Shown: positions 12,937 through 23,366 of the stretch, piece after piece
Numbering within the stretch: position 1 is the stretch's first letter
How the letters are laid out: every line of letters begins with the position of its first letter
Assembly: GCA_039923595.1 (NCBI GenBank)
Contig: JBDTCL010000038.1
Location: 1-47,979 of the forward strand
Length of the DNA: 47,979 nt
Direction of reading: 5' to 3'
Source of the DNA: Antricoccus sp.
GTDB taxonomy: Bacteria > Actinomycetota > Actinomycetes > Mycobacteriales > Antricoccaceae
The notes under the pieces: generated by a model
Database searches by the model: none
What the model saw: only the letters and a program-made list of their open reading frames with translations
What the model was told of the DNA's origin: nothing
Made by a program: the position numbers and the translations under genes

Positions 12937-12958
12937 ACCCTACGACGACTGCGCGACA
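12937..12958 (-). promoter_or_regulatory. PafBC-type (RecA-NDp) promoter of uvrC, leaderless
   Basis: Minus strand reads TGTCGC-N10-TAGGGT-N6-GTG. One mismatch to TGTCGG-N10-TANNNT. Confidence 0.72.
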
Positions 12959-13036
12959 TCAGGGAGCGCCGGTTAGTCCGGTCGACCACCAAGATGACTT
13001 GGCTCGTGCGGCTGGCACCGCGTAGGTTGGTTCCTC

Positions 13037-14056
13037 GTGTATGACACCCGAACTCCCATAACGCCAAATAACCTACCGAACGGAATAAGCGCTGCGCAGT
13101 TGCGCCGTGAAGACCTGCCCGAAGTGCTCGCACTTGTGCACGCACGTGAAATCGCAGTGAGCGGTGAGCCGCGCGAAACGATCGGCTTCGTGGCCGAGCA
13201 ACTCGATACAGATGCCGGCCGCAAACGAACCCGATCGTTGGTTTTGCGACACGACAGCGACGTCATCGCCTATGTATTCGATCATCACAATCTCAACGAG
13301 CGCTATTGGAGCGACGTCGTGATTGATCCGAGCCTCGGCAAGGATCAAGCTGCGGCACTCTGGCGATGCGCGTTGACGTGGATCGAAGCGGTGTCGTTTG
13401 ACGATGCGCGGGGCCGCCAGGTTGACCACATCCGGATCGACATTAGTACGAACGGATCGGATTCTTCATCGCTGACCAACTTAGCCGCGCATGGCTTCGA
13501 ACGAGTGCGGGCATTTATCGACATGCGGATCGATCTGGCTACATATGAGGCACCGGAGCCCGCGACCGAGCTAACGATACGGCTAGCCGATGTGAGCGAC
13601 CGCGATGGCGCGGATGTACGCACCGTTTATGACATCGTTCAGGCGTCGTTCCAGGATCATTTCGATTGGGCAACTCGCGATTTCGATGAGTGGGTGGCGA
13701 TGCGAATGTTGGGATCGCATGCACAGCTGGACAATTGGACGATCGCGATGATCGACGGCATCCCGGTCGGCGCCGCGATCCACGATGCGCATCGCGTCGA
13801 AGCGGCGCAATCGTGGTATATCGCAAATTTAGGAGTGTTACGGTCCGGACGCGGGCGCGGCGTCGCGAAGGCACTGCTGCATGATTCGTTTCGCCGAGCT
13901 CAGGCCGCAGGTTGCACCGGCGTCGAGCTCGATGTGGACGCAGAGAGTCCCACTGGCGCTACCTATCTATACGAAAGCGTCGGTATGCACCGGACCGCGA
14001 CCTGGTGGGATTACCAGAAGCACTATAACGTCCTGCCGATGTCGACCTCAGGCTGA
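13037..14056 (+). CDS. GNAT family N-acetyltransferase (tandem GNAT architecture)
   Basis: C-terminal acetyl-CoA motif [40 protein letters not shown] and a degenerate N-terminal GNAT half ([10 protein letters not shown]). TAGGTT lies 8 nt before the GTG. Confidence 0.85.
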   Translation: MYDTRTPITPNNLPNGISAAQLRREDLPEVLALVHAREIAVSGEPRETIGFVAEQLDTDAGRKRTRSLVLRHDSDVIAYVFDHHNLNERYWSDVVIDPSLGKDQAAALWRCALTWIEAVSFDDARGRQVDHIRIDISTNGSDSSSLTNLAAHGFERVRAFIDMRIDLATYEAPEPATELTIRLADVSDRDGADVRTVYDIVQASFQDHFDWATRDFDEWVAMRMLGSHAQLDNWTIAMIDGIPVGAAIHDAHRVEAAQSWYIANLGVLRSGRGRGVAKALLHDSFRRAQAAGCTGVELDVDAESPTGATYLYESVGMHRTATWWDYQKHYNVLPMSTSG

Positions 14057-17000
14057 TCGGCGGCCAGTAGTCGCCTTAGCTGGTTTCTTGGCCGCAATCG
14101 ACCGTGTCGCTGGGCTCTTGCGAGTTGTTTTCTTTGCGGCCACTGCTAACTTTTTGCTCTCTTTTGCCGCTGCGAGTGCGGCCCGTTTGGCAGCCGCCAT
14201 TTCTTTGGGGCTCATCAATTTCGGCTGCGACGGAATCTGCACCGTGCCCGGTGGCGTGCGCCGATCAAGCATGTCCTTCAAGAAAACTCCGGTATGAGCT
14301 GAGGGCATCCTCGCGATATCTTCCGGCGTCCCGACACCAACGATGGCTCCGCCGCCATCACCACCTTCAGGACCCATCTCGATCAGCCAATCCGCGGTCT
14401 TGATGACATCAAGATTGTGTTCAATCACAATGACCGAGTTGCCCTTGGTGACGAGCCCGTCGATGACGTGCAAGAGCTTGCGGATGTCTTCGAAATGCAA
14501 CCCGGTGGTGGGCTCATCTAAAACATAGACCGTACGACCGGTGGACCGGCGTTGTAATTCTGAGGCCAGTTTCACCCGCTGGGCTTCGCCACCGGACAGC
14601 GTCGGAGCCGGCTGCCCGAGACGGACATAACCAAGTCCGACGTCGACGAGGGTATCCAAATGTCGTGCGATCGCTGGTATTGCGGCGAAGAACTCCGCTC
14701 CCTCCTCGATGGGCATATCGAGCACTTCGGCGATCGTCTTACCTTTGTAATGGACGTCGAGAGTTTCACGGTTATAACGAGCGCCCTTGCACACCTCGCA
14801 CGGCACATAAACGTCGGGCAGGAAGTTCATCTCGATCTTGATGGTGCCGTCACCCTGACAATTTTCGCAGCGACCACCCTTGACGTTAAAGGAAAATCGC
14901 CCCGGTTGGTAGCCACGTACTTTCGCCTCAGACGTCTGGGCAAAAAGCTTGCGGACATGATCAAAGACGCCGGTATACGTCGCCGGGTTTGACCGCGGAG
15001 TCCGCCCGATCGGTGACTGGTCCACGCCAACTACCTTGTCGATCTGATCAAGCCCATCGACACGGGTATGTCGACCCGGCACAAGTCGGGCCTTGTTAGC
15101 GTGATTAGCCATCACTGAATACAAAATATCGTTGACAAGCGTCGATTTGCCCGAGCCTGAGACTCCCGTCACCGCGACCAGGCAGCCGAGCGGAAAAGTC
15201 ACGTCGACTGATTTGAGGTTATTCTCGCGGGCTCCGCGAATGGTGATCTGCCGCTCGGGATTGGGAGTACGACGCAGCGCGGGCACCTCGAGTTCCCGTC
15301 GTCCAGATAGGTACTGCCCGGTAATACTGGTCTTGCTTTTCAGCAGATCCTTTACCGTGCCCGACACCACCACCTCGCCGCCGTGTTCACCTGCGCCCGG
15401 ACCGATATCGACAACCCAGTCGGAGGCACGAATGGTGTCTTCATCGTGTTCGACCACGATCAGCGTGTTTCCCAGATCACGCAGCCGGATCAATGTCTCG
15501 ATCAACCGATGATTATCGCGCTGGTGCAGCCCGATCGACGGCTCATCCAGGACGTATAGAACACCGACGAGACCGGAACCGATTTGAGTCGCCAGTCGAA
15601 TCCGCTGCGCTTCCCCGCCAGCGAGAGTCGCAGCTGGGCGATTGAGCGAGAGGTAATCGAGACCGACATCAACGAGGAAGCCAAGCCTGGCATGCACTTC
15701 TTTAAGTACCCGCTCAGCGATCATTGCCTGCCGACGGTCTAACTTCAAGGAGCCCAGAAATTCGTTGCAATCGCCAATCGACATCGCCGTTACTTGCGCG
15801 ATCGACAAGTCGCCGAGACGAACGGCAAGGATCTCGGGCTTCAGACGCGTGCCTTTGCACACCGGACACGGGACTTCACGCATGAAACCCTCATATCGTT
15901 CGCGCGACCATTCTGACTCTGTCTCGTCATGACGACGAGCCAGAAACGGCAATACTCCTTCAAAATTGGCCCAGTACGACCGCTGCCGCCCGTACCTGCT
16001 GCGAAACTTCACATGCACCTGGTCGTCGCTGCCGTGCAAAACCGTGTGCTGCACCTCGGCCGGGAGCTCCTGCCACGGGGTTTTCATCGAGAATCCCAAT
16101 GAATCTGCGAGGGAGCGCAACAAGTGCTGGAAATAGTCGCTATTTTGACCACTCATTGACCAAGGCGTCACTACGCCCTCGTCAAGGGATTTTTCCGGGT
16201 CGGAGATCACCAGTTCAGGATCGACCTCCTTGCGAAAGCCAAGACCGATACATTCTGGACAAGCACCGTAGGGGCCGTTAAAGGAAAACGATCGTGGCTC
16301 CAGTTCTTCGACCGTGAGCGGGTGACCGTTCGGGCAGGCAAGACGTTCAGAGAATTTACGTTCGCGCTGCGGATCAGCTTCCGCTAAATCGACATGATCG
16401 ATAACTATTAATCCCGAAGCGAGCCCGAGTGCAGTTTCCACCGAGTCAGTCAGTCGACGCTTTGCATTGGATTTGACTGCGAGTCGGTCGACAACAACCT
16501 CAATATCATGCTTCTCCTGCTTTTTGAGCGTGGGCGCCTCGACCAACGGGTAAACGGTGCCATCGATGCGCGCACGAGAGAAACCTTGCGCCTGCAGTGA
16601 TGAAAACAGATCGAGGTACTCACCCTTGCGACCGCGCACGACTGGTGCGAGCACTTGAAAGCGAGTGCCATCAGGTAACTGCATAATCTGATCGACAATC
16701 TGCTGCGGCGATTGCTTGGCAATCACCTCATCGCATACCGGGCAATGCGGAATGCCGGCCCGCGAAAATAGCAATCTCAGATAGTCGTAAACCTCGGTAA
16801 TTGTGCCGACGGTTGAGCGCGGATTGCGGTTGGTGGATTTTTGATCGATCGACACCGCCGGCGACAAGCCCTCGATGAAATCGACATCGGGTTTATCCAT
16901 CTGACCAAGGAACTGTCGCGCATACGCGGACAGCGATTCCACATATCGCCGCTGGCCTTCGGCGAAGATGGTGTCAAAGGCGAGGCTCGATTTGCCTGAT

Positions 17001-17101
17001 CCGGACAGGCCGGTGAAGCAGATCAAGCTGTCGCGGGGCAGATCCAAGCTGACGTCTTTTAAGTTGTGCTCGCGGGCGCCGCGAATGACAAGTCGATCCA
17101 T
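14048..17101 (-). CDS. uvrA: Excinuclease ABC subunit A
   Basis: GAREHNLK, two Walker A motifs ([16 protein letters not shown]), zinc-finger Cys pairs and LSGGEAQR. Start set to ATG 17101 (MDRLVIRG) because the promoter lies directly upstream. Confidence 0.98.
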   Translation of the reverse strand: MDRLVIRGAREHNLKDVSLDLPRDSLICFTGLSGSGKSSLAFDTIFAEGQRRYVESLSAYARQFLGQMDKPDVDFIEGLSPAVSIDQKSTNRNPRSTVGTITEVYDYLRLLFSRAGIPHCPVCDEVIAKQSPQQIVDQIMQLPDGTRFQVLAPVVRGRKGEYLDLFSSLQAQGFSRARIDGTVYPLVEAPTLKKQEKHDIEVVVDRLAVKSNAKRRLTDSVETALGLASGLIVIDHVDLAEADPQRERKFSERLACPNGHPLTVEELEPRSFSFNGPYGACPECIGLGFRKEVDPELVISDPEKSLDEGVVTPWSMSGQNSDYFQHLLRSLADSLGFSMKTPWQELPAEVQHTVLHGSDDQVHVKFRSRYGRQRSYWANFEGVLPFLARRHDETESEWSRERYEGFMREVPCPVCKGTRLKPEILAVRLGDLSIAQVTAMSIGDCNEFLGSLKLDRRQAMIAERVLKEVHARLGFLVDVGLDYLSLNRPAATLAGGEAQRIRLATQIGSGLVGVLYVLDEPSIGLHQRDNHRLIETLIRLRDLGNTLIVVEHDEDTIRASDWVVDIGPGAGEHGGEVVVSGTVKDLLKSKTSITGQYLSGRRELEVPALRRTPNPERQITIRGARENNLKSVDVTFPLGCLVAVTGVSGSGKSTLVNDILYSVMANHANKARLVPGRHTRVDGLDQIDKVVGVDQSPIGRTPRSNPATYTGVFDHVRKLFAQTSEAKVRGYQPGRFSFNVKGGRCENCQGDGTIKIEMNFLPDVYVPCEVCKGARYNRETLDVHYKGKTIAEVLDMPIEEGAEFFAAIPAIARHLDTLVDVGLGYVRLGQPAPTLSGGEAQRVKLASELQRRSTGRTVYVLDEPTTGLHFEDIRKLLHVIDGLVTKGNSVIVIEHNLDVIKTADWLIEMGPEGGDGGGAIVGVGTPEDIARMPSAHTGVFLKDMLDRRTPPGTVQIPSQPKLMSPKEMAAAKRAALAAAKESKKLAVAAKKTTRKSPATRSIAAKKPAKATTGRRSA

Positions 17102-17108
17102 AGTCTTG

Positions 17109-17130
17109 AGCGTACTGAAACCCACCGACA
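17109..17130 (-). promoter_or_regulatory. PafBC-type (RecA-NDp) promoter of uvrA, leaderless
   Basis: Minus strand reads TGTCGG-tgggtttcag-TACGCT-N7-ATG, a perfect match to the consensus. Confidence 0.85.
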
Positions 17131-17183
17131 TCGGTGCCCGATACGCTAGTGATCATGTCAACGTCATTCGCTAGGAGTGCTTC

Positions 17184-17855
17184 ATGACCGAACCGATGTA
17201 CACCAACCACATTGAGGCTGGCACGACGTCGGCCGTACTCGATGCCGGAACGCTGCACATCACCAAGGCCTCAGTCGGACCGATGGATAACAATGCGTAT
17301 CTCCTGCGATGCACGGCAACTGGCGACGGGTTGCTCATCGATGCGGCAAACGAGCCCGAGCGGCTACTCGATCTGATCCATGAGCGACTTGGCAACGGGA
17401 TTTTGTCGACGGTCCTCACGACGCATCAGCATGCTGATCATCGACAGGGCCTCGAGATGGTGGTTGGCGTCACCGGTGCGCAGGCTCTCGTTCATCCCGA
17501 TGACGCCGCCGCCTTGGGAATTCCCACCGATCCGGTGCGCCACGGTGATCAGGTCCGGGTCGGTGACATCACATTGCAGGCGATCCATCTTCGCGGCCAC
17601 ACACCCGGCAGTATCGCTCTGTATTGGCGCGATCCCGAAGGGCACGGCCATCTATGGACCGGAGATTCGCTCTTTCCTGGTGGTCCAGGAAAGACCGGTT
17701 CGGCAGCAGACTTCGAATCGCTCATAACCGATTTGGAGCAACGAATCTTCGCGGAACTGCCCGACGATACGCATGTTTATCCCGGCCACGGTGATGACAC
17801 CACGCTCGGTGCCGAGCGACCGCACCTACAGCAATGGCGCGAACGCGGCTGGTAA
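17184..17855 (+). CDS. MBL-fold metallo-hydrolase
   Basis: THQHADH, GHTPGS, TGDSLFPGG and YPGHG metal-binding motifs. AGGAG SD. Divergent from uvrA as in other actinomycetes. Confidence 0.92.
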   Translation: MTEPMYTNHIEAGTTSAVLDAGTLHITKASVGPMDNNAYLLRCTATGDGLLIDAANEPERLLDLIHERLGNGILSTVLTTHQHADHRQGLEMVVGVTGAQALVHPDDAAALGIPTDPVRHGDQVRVGDITLQAIHLRGHTPGSIALYWRDPEGHGHLWTGDSLFPGGPGKTGSAADFESLITDLEQRIFAELPDDTHVYPGHGDDTTLGAERPHLQQWRERGW

Positions 17856-17901
17856 CACCTCGCTCGATCACCCGCGGCTGCACCGCGAGGTCAGCAGTTT
17901 T

Positions 17902-17928
17902 GTGTCATACGAGCGGCAAAGTGGGTAC
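17902..17928 (+). promoter_or_regulatory. Possible SigF/SigB-like stress promoter of otsAB
   Basis: GTGT-N17-GGGTAC, 38 nt upstream of otsA. The -10 fits the GGGTA(C/T) class; the -35 is weak. Confidence 0.4.
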
Positions 17929-17966
17929 CGCATAGCCGCTGTCGTAAGCAATGAGGAAGGTCGGCC

Positions 17967-19427
17967 ATGACCTCTACACCGCAGAATGAATTGCCTGCAA
18001 CGCCGATAAAGTCAGCGAGCGAGTTTGTCGTCGTCGCTAATCGGTTACCGGTCGATCGCGTTATCGATGCTGATGGCGAGTTGAGCTATCAACCGTCTCC
18101 TGGCGGTTTGGTCACCGCGCTCGAACCATTCATGAAGCGCAACGATGGCGCTTGGATCGGTTGGACTGGCGCGCCGGACGATGCACCCGAGGCCTTCCTG
18201 AACGACGGTATGCTGCTGCATCCGGTCGCGCTATCGAGTGAAGAGATTGATTGTTACTACGAAGGCTTTGCCAATTCAACGCTGTGGCCGATCTATCACG
18301 ACGCAATCGTTCCAGCGGAGTATCGACGGAAGTGGTGGAATCATTACGAAGCGGTGAATCGTCGATTTGCCGAGGCAGCTGCCGCACGTGCCGCACCAGG
18401 TGCCTTCGTCTGGGTTCACGATTACCAATTGCAACTTGTGCCCGCGATGTTGCGGTCGCTTAGACCGGACGTCAAGATTGGATTCTTTCTGCATATTCCA
18501 TTTCCACCGACTGAGCTGTTCGCTCAGCTTCCGTGGCGGATTGAGATTTTGCGGGGGTTACTCGGAGCCGATCTGATCGGATTTCAGCTTCCCGAAGGAC
18601 GCAATAACTTTTGGCGCCTGTGCCGACAATTCCTCGGAATCCGGCCGCACGGCTCGGCTGTCGAGATTGATGGGCGGACTGTGCGCGCGGCAGCGTTCCC
18701 TATCTCAATTGACGTCGCGAGTTTCGCTGACCGCGCGAAGTTACCGGCGATTCAAGCGCGTGCTCAGCAAATCCGAGCTGATTTGGGAAACCCAACGAAG
18801 ATTTTGCTGGGCGTCGATCGGTTGGACTACACCAAAGGCATCGGCAATCGGCTAGAAGCGTTTGAGGAGCTACTTGAGGACGGGAGTCTCACCGCGGGTA
18901 GCGTCGTGCTGATTCAAGTGGCTACACCCAGTCGCGAACGAGTCGAACAGTACCGTCTGCTGCGCGACGATATCGAGCGCCGCGTAGGCAGTATCAATGG
19001 TCGCTTCGCGCAAGTCGGCATCCCCGCCGTGCACTACATCCATCGCTCCGTGGATCGCGACGAGCTGATTGCGCTCTATCTGGCCGCAGATGTCATGGTG
19101 GTGACTGCGCTGCGAGACGGCATGAATCTGGTTGCGAAGGAATACGTAGCGACACAGGTAGCTAATCAGGGCGCACTAGTGCTCTCAGAATTCGCTGGAG
19201 CGGCGAAAGAACTATCGCAAGCATTCTTGGTTAACCCGTATGACATTGAAGGCATGAAGGCTGCCCTCATGGCCGCGTTAGGCGCACCGATCGCCGATAA
19301 CAGTAGGCGGATGGCCGCTTTGCGTCGCCAAGTTCAGCGCCACGACCTTGAAAAGTGGGCCAACGACTTCGTTACCGCCATGGACTTGGGCGATACTGCC
19401 GCCGCCACCTCACCGAAGGATCCGTGA
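17967..19427 (+). CDS. otsA: Trehalose-6-phosphate synthase
   Basis: VANRLPV, GGLVTAL, WVHDYQL, FFLHIPFP, GVDRLDYTKGI and RDGMNLVAKEY motifs. Confidence 0.97.
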   Translation: MTSTPQNELPATPIKSASEFVVVANRLPVDRVIDADGELSYQPSPGGLVTALEPFMKRNDGAWIGWTGAPDDAPEAFLNDGMLLHPVALSSEEIDCYYEGFANSTLWPIYHDAIVPAEYRRKWWNHYEAVNRRFAEAAAARAAPGAFVWVHDYQLQLVPAMLRSLRPDVKIGFFLHIPFPPTELFAQLPWRIEILRGLLGADLIGFQLPEGRNNFWRLCRQFLGIRPHGSAVEIDGRTVRAAAFPISIDVASFADRAKLPAIQARAQQIRADLGNPTKILLGVDRLDYTKGIGNRLEAFEELLEDGSLTAGSVVLIQVATPSRERVEQYRLLRDDIERRVGSINGRFAQVGIPAVHYIHRSVDRDELIALYLAADVMVVTALRDGMNLVAKEYVATQVANQGALVLSEFAGAAKELSQAFLVNPYDIEGMKAALMAALGAPIADNSRRMAALRRQVQRHDLEKWANDFVTAMDLGDTAAATSPKDP

Positions 19428-20185
19428 CTATTTTAGGCGACCTGCAGCGCGCGCTGAGCGATCTCGCTGAGGCCCGTATGTTGCTCGTGGCCGTGGATTT
19501 CGATGGGACATTAGCGCCGATAGTGCCCACACCGATGGACGCCAGAGCGGTGCCGGGCTCGATCGAGTCACTTTGCGCCCTCGCTGCCGCGCCACAGACG
19601 GCCGCCGTAATCATTTCAGGTCGATCTCGCCAAGATCTGAGGACGCTGACTGGTGCGCCAACCGGGGTCGATCTTGTGGGCAGTCACGGAATGGAGTTTG
19701 CGACTGGGTTCGCAGTTGCGCTCACCGCAGTGCAACAACAACTTCTCGAACTGCTCAGCACGACGTCCACAGCACTCACTGACCGATTCCCTGGAATGAG
19801 CGTTGAGTGCAAGCCCGCCAGTGTGGCGGTGCATCTGCGCAATGTCGCGCCAACTCTGCGTGATCACGCGACGCAGACAGTCAATCAAGAGCTCGTAGCA
19901 CTGTCCGGGGTACAGGTGACCCGTGGCAAATTCGTCATCGAGCTTGCCGTGATCGACACCGACAAGGGATCCGCGATTGACCTCCTGCGCGCCCGCGTCG
20001 GTGCAGAGGCAGTGCTTTTCATCGGTGATGACACCACCGATGAAAAGGCATTCGCACGACTAAGCGATCATGATGTCGGCCTCAAAGTTGGGCCTGGAAT
20101 TACCCAAGCGCAGCTGCGCGTAGGTGATCCGCACGAGGTCGCTGCGCTGTTGAGCGAACTTGCGCGGCTGCGAGTGCACCGGTGA
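19424..20185 (+). CDS. otsB: Trehalose-6-phosphate phosphatase
   Basis: HAD motifs DFDGTLAPIV, ISGR, GSHGME and FIGDDTTDE. GTG start overlaps the otsA TGA (GTGA). Confidence 0.95.
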   Translation: MTILGDLQRALSDLAEARMLLVAVDFDGTLAPIVPTPMDARAVPGSIESLCALAAAPQTAAVIISGRSRQDLRTLTGAPTGVDLVGSHGMEFATGFAVALTAVQQQLLELLSTTSTALTDRFPGMSVECKPASVAVHLRNVAPTLRDHATQTVNQELVALSGVQVTRGKFVIELAVIDTDKGSAIDLLRARVGAEAVLFIGDDTTDEKAFARLSDHDVGLKVGPGITQAQLRVGDPHEVAALLSELARLRVHR

Positions 20186-20187
20186 GG

Positions 20188-22113
20188 CTATGAGCGATCG
20201 TGCTCATTCGACACCTCAACTCCGACCGGCAGATATTTCGCCCACCACGACAAGATGTGCTCAAACCGCTGTCGGCGATGCCGGGGTTGCCCAGATCGAC
20301 TGAGCTCGTGGCCTTCACCGGGAAAGATCAACAGTTCGGTAGGCACCTTCCGGGCCCGCAACAGGCCGTAGAGTCGCTGACCTTGCTCCAAAGGGCAGCG
20401 GTAATCGCGTTCGCTATGGATCACCATCAGCGGTGTGTTGATCTGGTCGGCAAAATCGAGCGGGCTCTTACCGATCATGTCGGAACCCACATACTCGCGG
20501 GGGAAAAAGAATCCGATATCGCTGGTGCCGACCATGGAGTCCCAGGCGTTGACCGCGCGCTCAGAGATACCCGCAGCGAACCGATCAGTGTGACCTAAAA
20601 TCCAAGTTGTCATCAGGCCACCGTACGAACCACCCATGATGCCCACTCGCTGCTCATCAAGAGCTGGATCGCTGAGGCAATGTTCCAGGAATGCCATCAC
20701 GTCCGCGACATCGCGATCACCCAGGGCGTCTTTAATGATTCGCCCATGATCAGACCCATATCCGCTGCCGCCACGCGGATTGCACATCACCACTGCATAT
20801 CCGGCTCGGGCGTACACCTGCGGCTCGTCAAAGAAGGTCGCCGGATATTGGGCATACGGTCCCCCGTGAATTAGCAGGATGACCGGATGCGGCCCGTCGC
20901 CAACTGGTCGAAATAACCAACCGTGCACCGGATAATCATCATCTGAATGCGCAGTGATCTCCTCGGGAATGATCACCGGAGCAACCACCTGCAAACGGGC
21001 TGCGAAATCAGTTCGGACACTCAGCTCGTCGATCGTGCCGACGAACAGCTCCCCTGGTGATGTTGGTGTGGCCGCAACTGCGGCGATCGTGCCGCCCGCC
21101 GCGTCGTATCCTGCCACGCTCACATCGCCGCCCAATACCTCTCGGACATCGTTGCCGTGGTGGCATTCCAGGACTACCCGACCACGCTGCTCACGAGTTA
21201 ATAGGACCCCGTCGGAATGGACAATATGACCACCCAGATGCTGCTGCCGATCACCGATCGGGACGAGTTGGTCATTTTCAATCCGGCAAAATTGCTGATT
21301 ATGCGCGACGAAGTCAGTGCCGCTCTCGCCGATGTCGCTCGCGAGCAGACGGAGGCTCTGGTCAGGCCCTTGGCCATAATTTTCAACGGCCCAGCCGGTG
21401 AACGAACGCACCCGCAGATCGGTGCCGTCGTCGCGGATGCTGCAGAGCGCATTGCGCAAATCATCCTCGAACGTCGCGGTGCCTTCGGAGTCGCGGGCTG
21501 ACAGGAAGCCGATGCGTTGGCCATCATCGAGCCAGTGCACCTTTGTGTCATCGCTTGGTCCGGGGCTAAGTGCGCACGCGGTTGGAAGTTCGTCAATTCC
21601 GATCGAGATGATGAATACTGTGCTTGGCCGATCCAAGATGTAGCCGACGCCGTCGGCGAGGTAGGTCGTCGTAGTGATGTGCCGTGGTGCTTCTTGCTCC
21701 GGCGCAATATCTTCCTCAGTGCCGTACCGGCCTGCCTCTGGGACCCGCGCCACAAAGGCAATCCGTTCGCCGTCCGGCGACCACTCGTATTCACTCACGC
21801 CCAGCGGCTGATCGGTGAGCGGCCGCGCATCGCCACCGTCCGAAGCCAGCAGGTGCAGTTGCGGTCGCTTTTTGTCATCTGCGCGCAGGAATGCGATAGC
21901 GGTACCGTTGGGCGAAAATTGTGCGGTGCCGTCCGAGTCGCCCCACGTCAGTCGATGCGGCTGTGCATCCCCTACCGCGATCCGCCACAAGGATCGCTGG
22001 TAGGAGTTGGATTCAGTGTCCGGCGTGCTGAGTGTGAATACAACATGCTTGCCGTCCGGACTCACAGTCGGATCGCTAGGTGTGCGCAACAGGTTGACGT
22101 CATGAGGGGCCAT
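20188..22113 (-). CDS. S9 family (acylaminoacyl/dipeptidyl) peptidase
   Basis: N-terminal SPDG propeller repeats. IHGGP, GGSYGG nucleophile, HSERDYRCP and EGHELSRSG supply the catalytic triad. TAAGCT (22120-22125) lies 6 nt before ATG, so leaderless. Confidence 0.94.
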   Translation of the reverse strand: MAPHDVNLLRTPSDPTVSPDGKHVVFTLSTPDTESNSYQRSLWRIAVGDAQPHRLTWGDSDGTAQFSPNGTAIAFLRADDKKRPQLHLLASDGGDARPLTDQPLGVSEYEWSPDGERIAFVARVPEAGRYGTEEDIAPEQEAPRHITTTTYLADGVGYILDRPSTVFIISIGIDELPTACALSPGPSDDTKVHWLDDGQRIGFLSARDSEGTATFEDDLRNALCSIRDDGTDLRVRSFTGWAVENYGQGPDQSLRLLASDIGESGTDFVAHNQQFCRIENDQLVPIGDRQQHLGGHIVHSDGVLLTREQRGRVVLECHHGNDVREVLGGDVSVAGYDAAGGTIAAVAATPTSPGELFVGTIDELSVRTDFAARLQVVAPVIIPEEITAHSDDDYPVHGWLFRPVGDGPHPVILLIHGGPYAQYPATFFDEPQVYARAGYAVVMCNPRGGSGYGSDHGRIIKDALGDRDVADVMAFLEHCLSDPALDEQRVGIMGGSYGGLMTTWILGHTDRFAAGISERAVNAWDSMVGTSDIGFFFPREYVGSDMIGKSPLDFADQINTPLMVIHSERDYRCPLEQGQRLYGLLRARKVPTELLIFPGEGHELSRSGQPRHRRQRFEHILSWWAKYLPVGVEVSNEHDRS

Positions 22114-22157
22114 CCAAGTAGCTTATCGACCTCGGATCTCACCCTCGCGGTGGTTGT

Positions 22158-23228
22158 TTATTCCTCGTTCACATCATCCTCGACGCGATCAACTCGAGCG
22201 ACATTCGCGCGTGCGGTCTCGGCACGGCTCTTCGCCAGGCTGAGCACGGTGGTGATAAGCAAGACGCCGATAATTACCCCCAGCGACAACTCAATGCCGA
22301 TATGCGGAGCCCAGGTCTGACCAATCCCGCTTAACGCCTCAAAAATCAGCTTGATGCCGATGAACCCGAGAATGATCGCCAGCCCGATCGACAAGTAGAC
22401 AAGCTTCTCTAGCAGCCCGCCGATCAGGAAAAATAACTGTCGCAGGCCCATCAACGCGAACGCATTCGCCGTGAAAACGATATAGGGCTCTTTGGTCAGA
22501 CCAAAGATCGCGGGAATCGAGTCGAGGGCGAAGAGCAGATCGGTGGAACCGATAGCGATCATCACGATGAGCATTGGGGTCGCAAACCGCTTGCCATTGC
22601 GCTTGATGAACGACTGTGCCCCGTGATACTCATCGGTCACTGGGATGACCTTTCGGATCAGCACAATTAGCCGATTTTCCTTGAACTCTTCCTCATCATC
22701 GTCGCCCTGAAAGGCGAGTTTCCACGCGGTAAAAAGCAAAAAGAGACCGAAGATGAAGAAGACCCATTGGAATCGTGAAATCACCGCGGCACCGGCGGCA
22801 ATAAATCCTGCGCGCATCACCAACGCGATCAGGATCCCGATCAGCAGCACCTTGTGTTGGTGAATTTTTGGTACCGCAAAGGTGCCCATAATGAGCACAA
22901 AAACAAACAGGTTGTCGACACTCAGTGAGTACTCGGTGATGTATCCGGCAAAGAATTCCTTGCCGTGCTTGGCATCGACCAGCAGCCACATCGCGATACC
23001 GAATGCGACCGCGAGTCCGACATAGAAGACGACCCATTTGGCGGCTTCGGAAGTCTTAACCTCATGCGGATTGCGATCGACCACGAACAGATCAATCGCC
23101 ATCACGACGAGCACTCCAGCGACGGTGATGACCCACACCCACCATGGAAAAAACGGTTCGTGCGTCGTGGGATTTGTCTCGGCGAGCACATGGGACTCAG
23201 CGAGCACGGTAGGGACAAAAGTAAGCAT
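22158..23228 (-). CDS. TerC/Alx family Mn-homeostasis membrane protein
   Basis: EYSLSVDNLFVF, QHKVLLIGILIALVMR, DLLFALDSIPAIFG and FALMGLRQLFF motifs. True start is ATG 23228 after GAAAGG; the upstream ORF extension is the riboswitch. Confidence 0.94.
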   Translation of the reverse strand: MLTFVPTVLAESHVLAETNPTTHEPFFPWWVWVITVAGVLVVMAIDLFVVDRNPHEVKTSEAAKWVVFYVGLAVAFGIAMWLLVDAKHGKEFFAGYITEYSLSVDNLFVFVLIMGTFAVPKIHQHKVLLIGILIALVMRAGFIAAGAAVISRFQWVFFIFGLFLLFTAWKLAFQGDDDEEEFKENRLIVLIRKVIPVTDEYHGAQSFIKRNGKRFATPMLIVMIAIGSTDLLFALDSIPAIFGLTKEPYIVFTANAFALMGLRQLFFLIGGLLEKLVYLSIGLAIILGFIGIKLIFEALSGIGQTWAPHIGIELSLGVIIGVLLITTVLSLAKSRAETARANVARVDRVEDDVNEE

Positions 23229-23261
23229 GGAAGCCTTTCGGTTTTTGCGAGTTGCTGCCTC

Positions 23262-23366
23262 AACCGAAGGTCTCTTCCGCTCCTCCCCAGGAGGAACCAC
23301 TGCTGCCGGGCTGCCGAAGCACACCGTGATGACGACAACTGTGCGAAGGAATACTCCCCTTCCATT
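23262..23366 (-). ncRNA. yybP-ykoY manganese riboswitch
   Basis: Minus strand reads AAGGGGAGUA...GUCGUCAUCACGG...CCGG...AAGAGACCUU, the hallmark segments of the family, in the 5' UTR of a TerC gene. Candidate -10 TAAGAT at 23393-23398. Confidence 0.9.

Noticed and set aside
17881-22152. Shared 10-mer CACCGCGAGG downstream of the MBL gene and, on the minus strand, of terC
   Set aside because: Only two short GC-rich copies, compatible with chance; not a REP family on this evidence.
21517-22320. 267-aa plus-strand ORF
   Set aside because: Antisense to the S9 peptidase and terC; no SD or motif.
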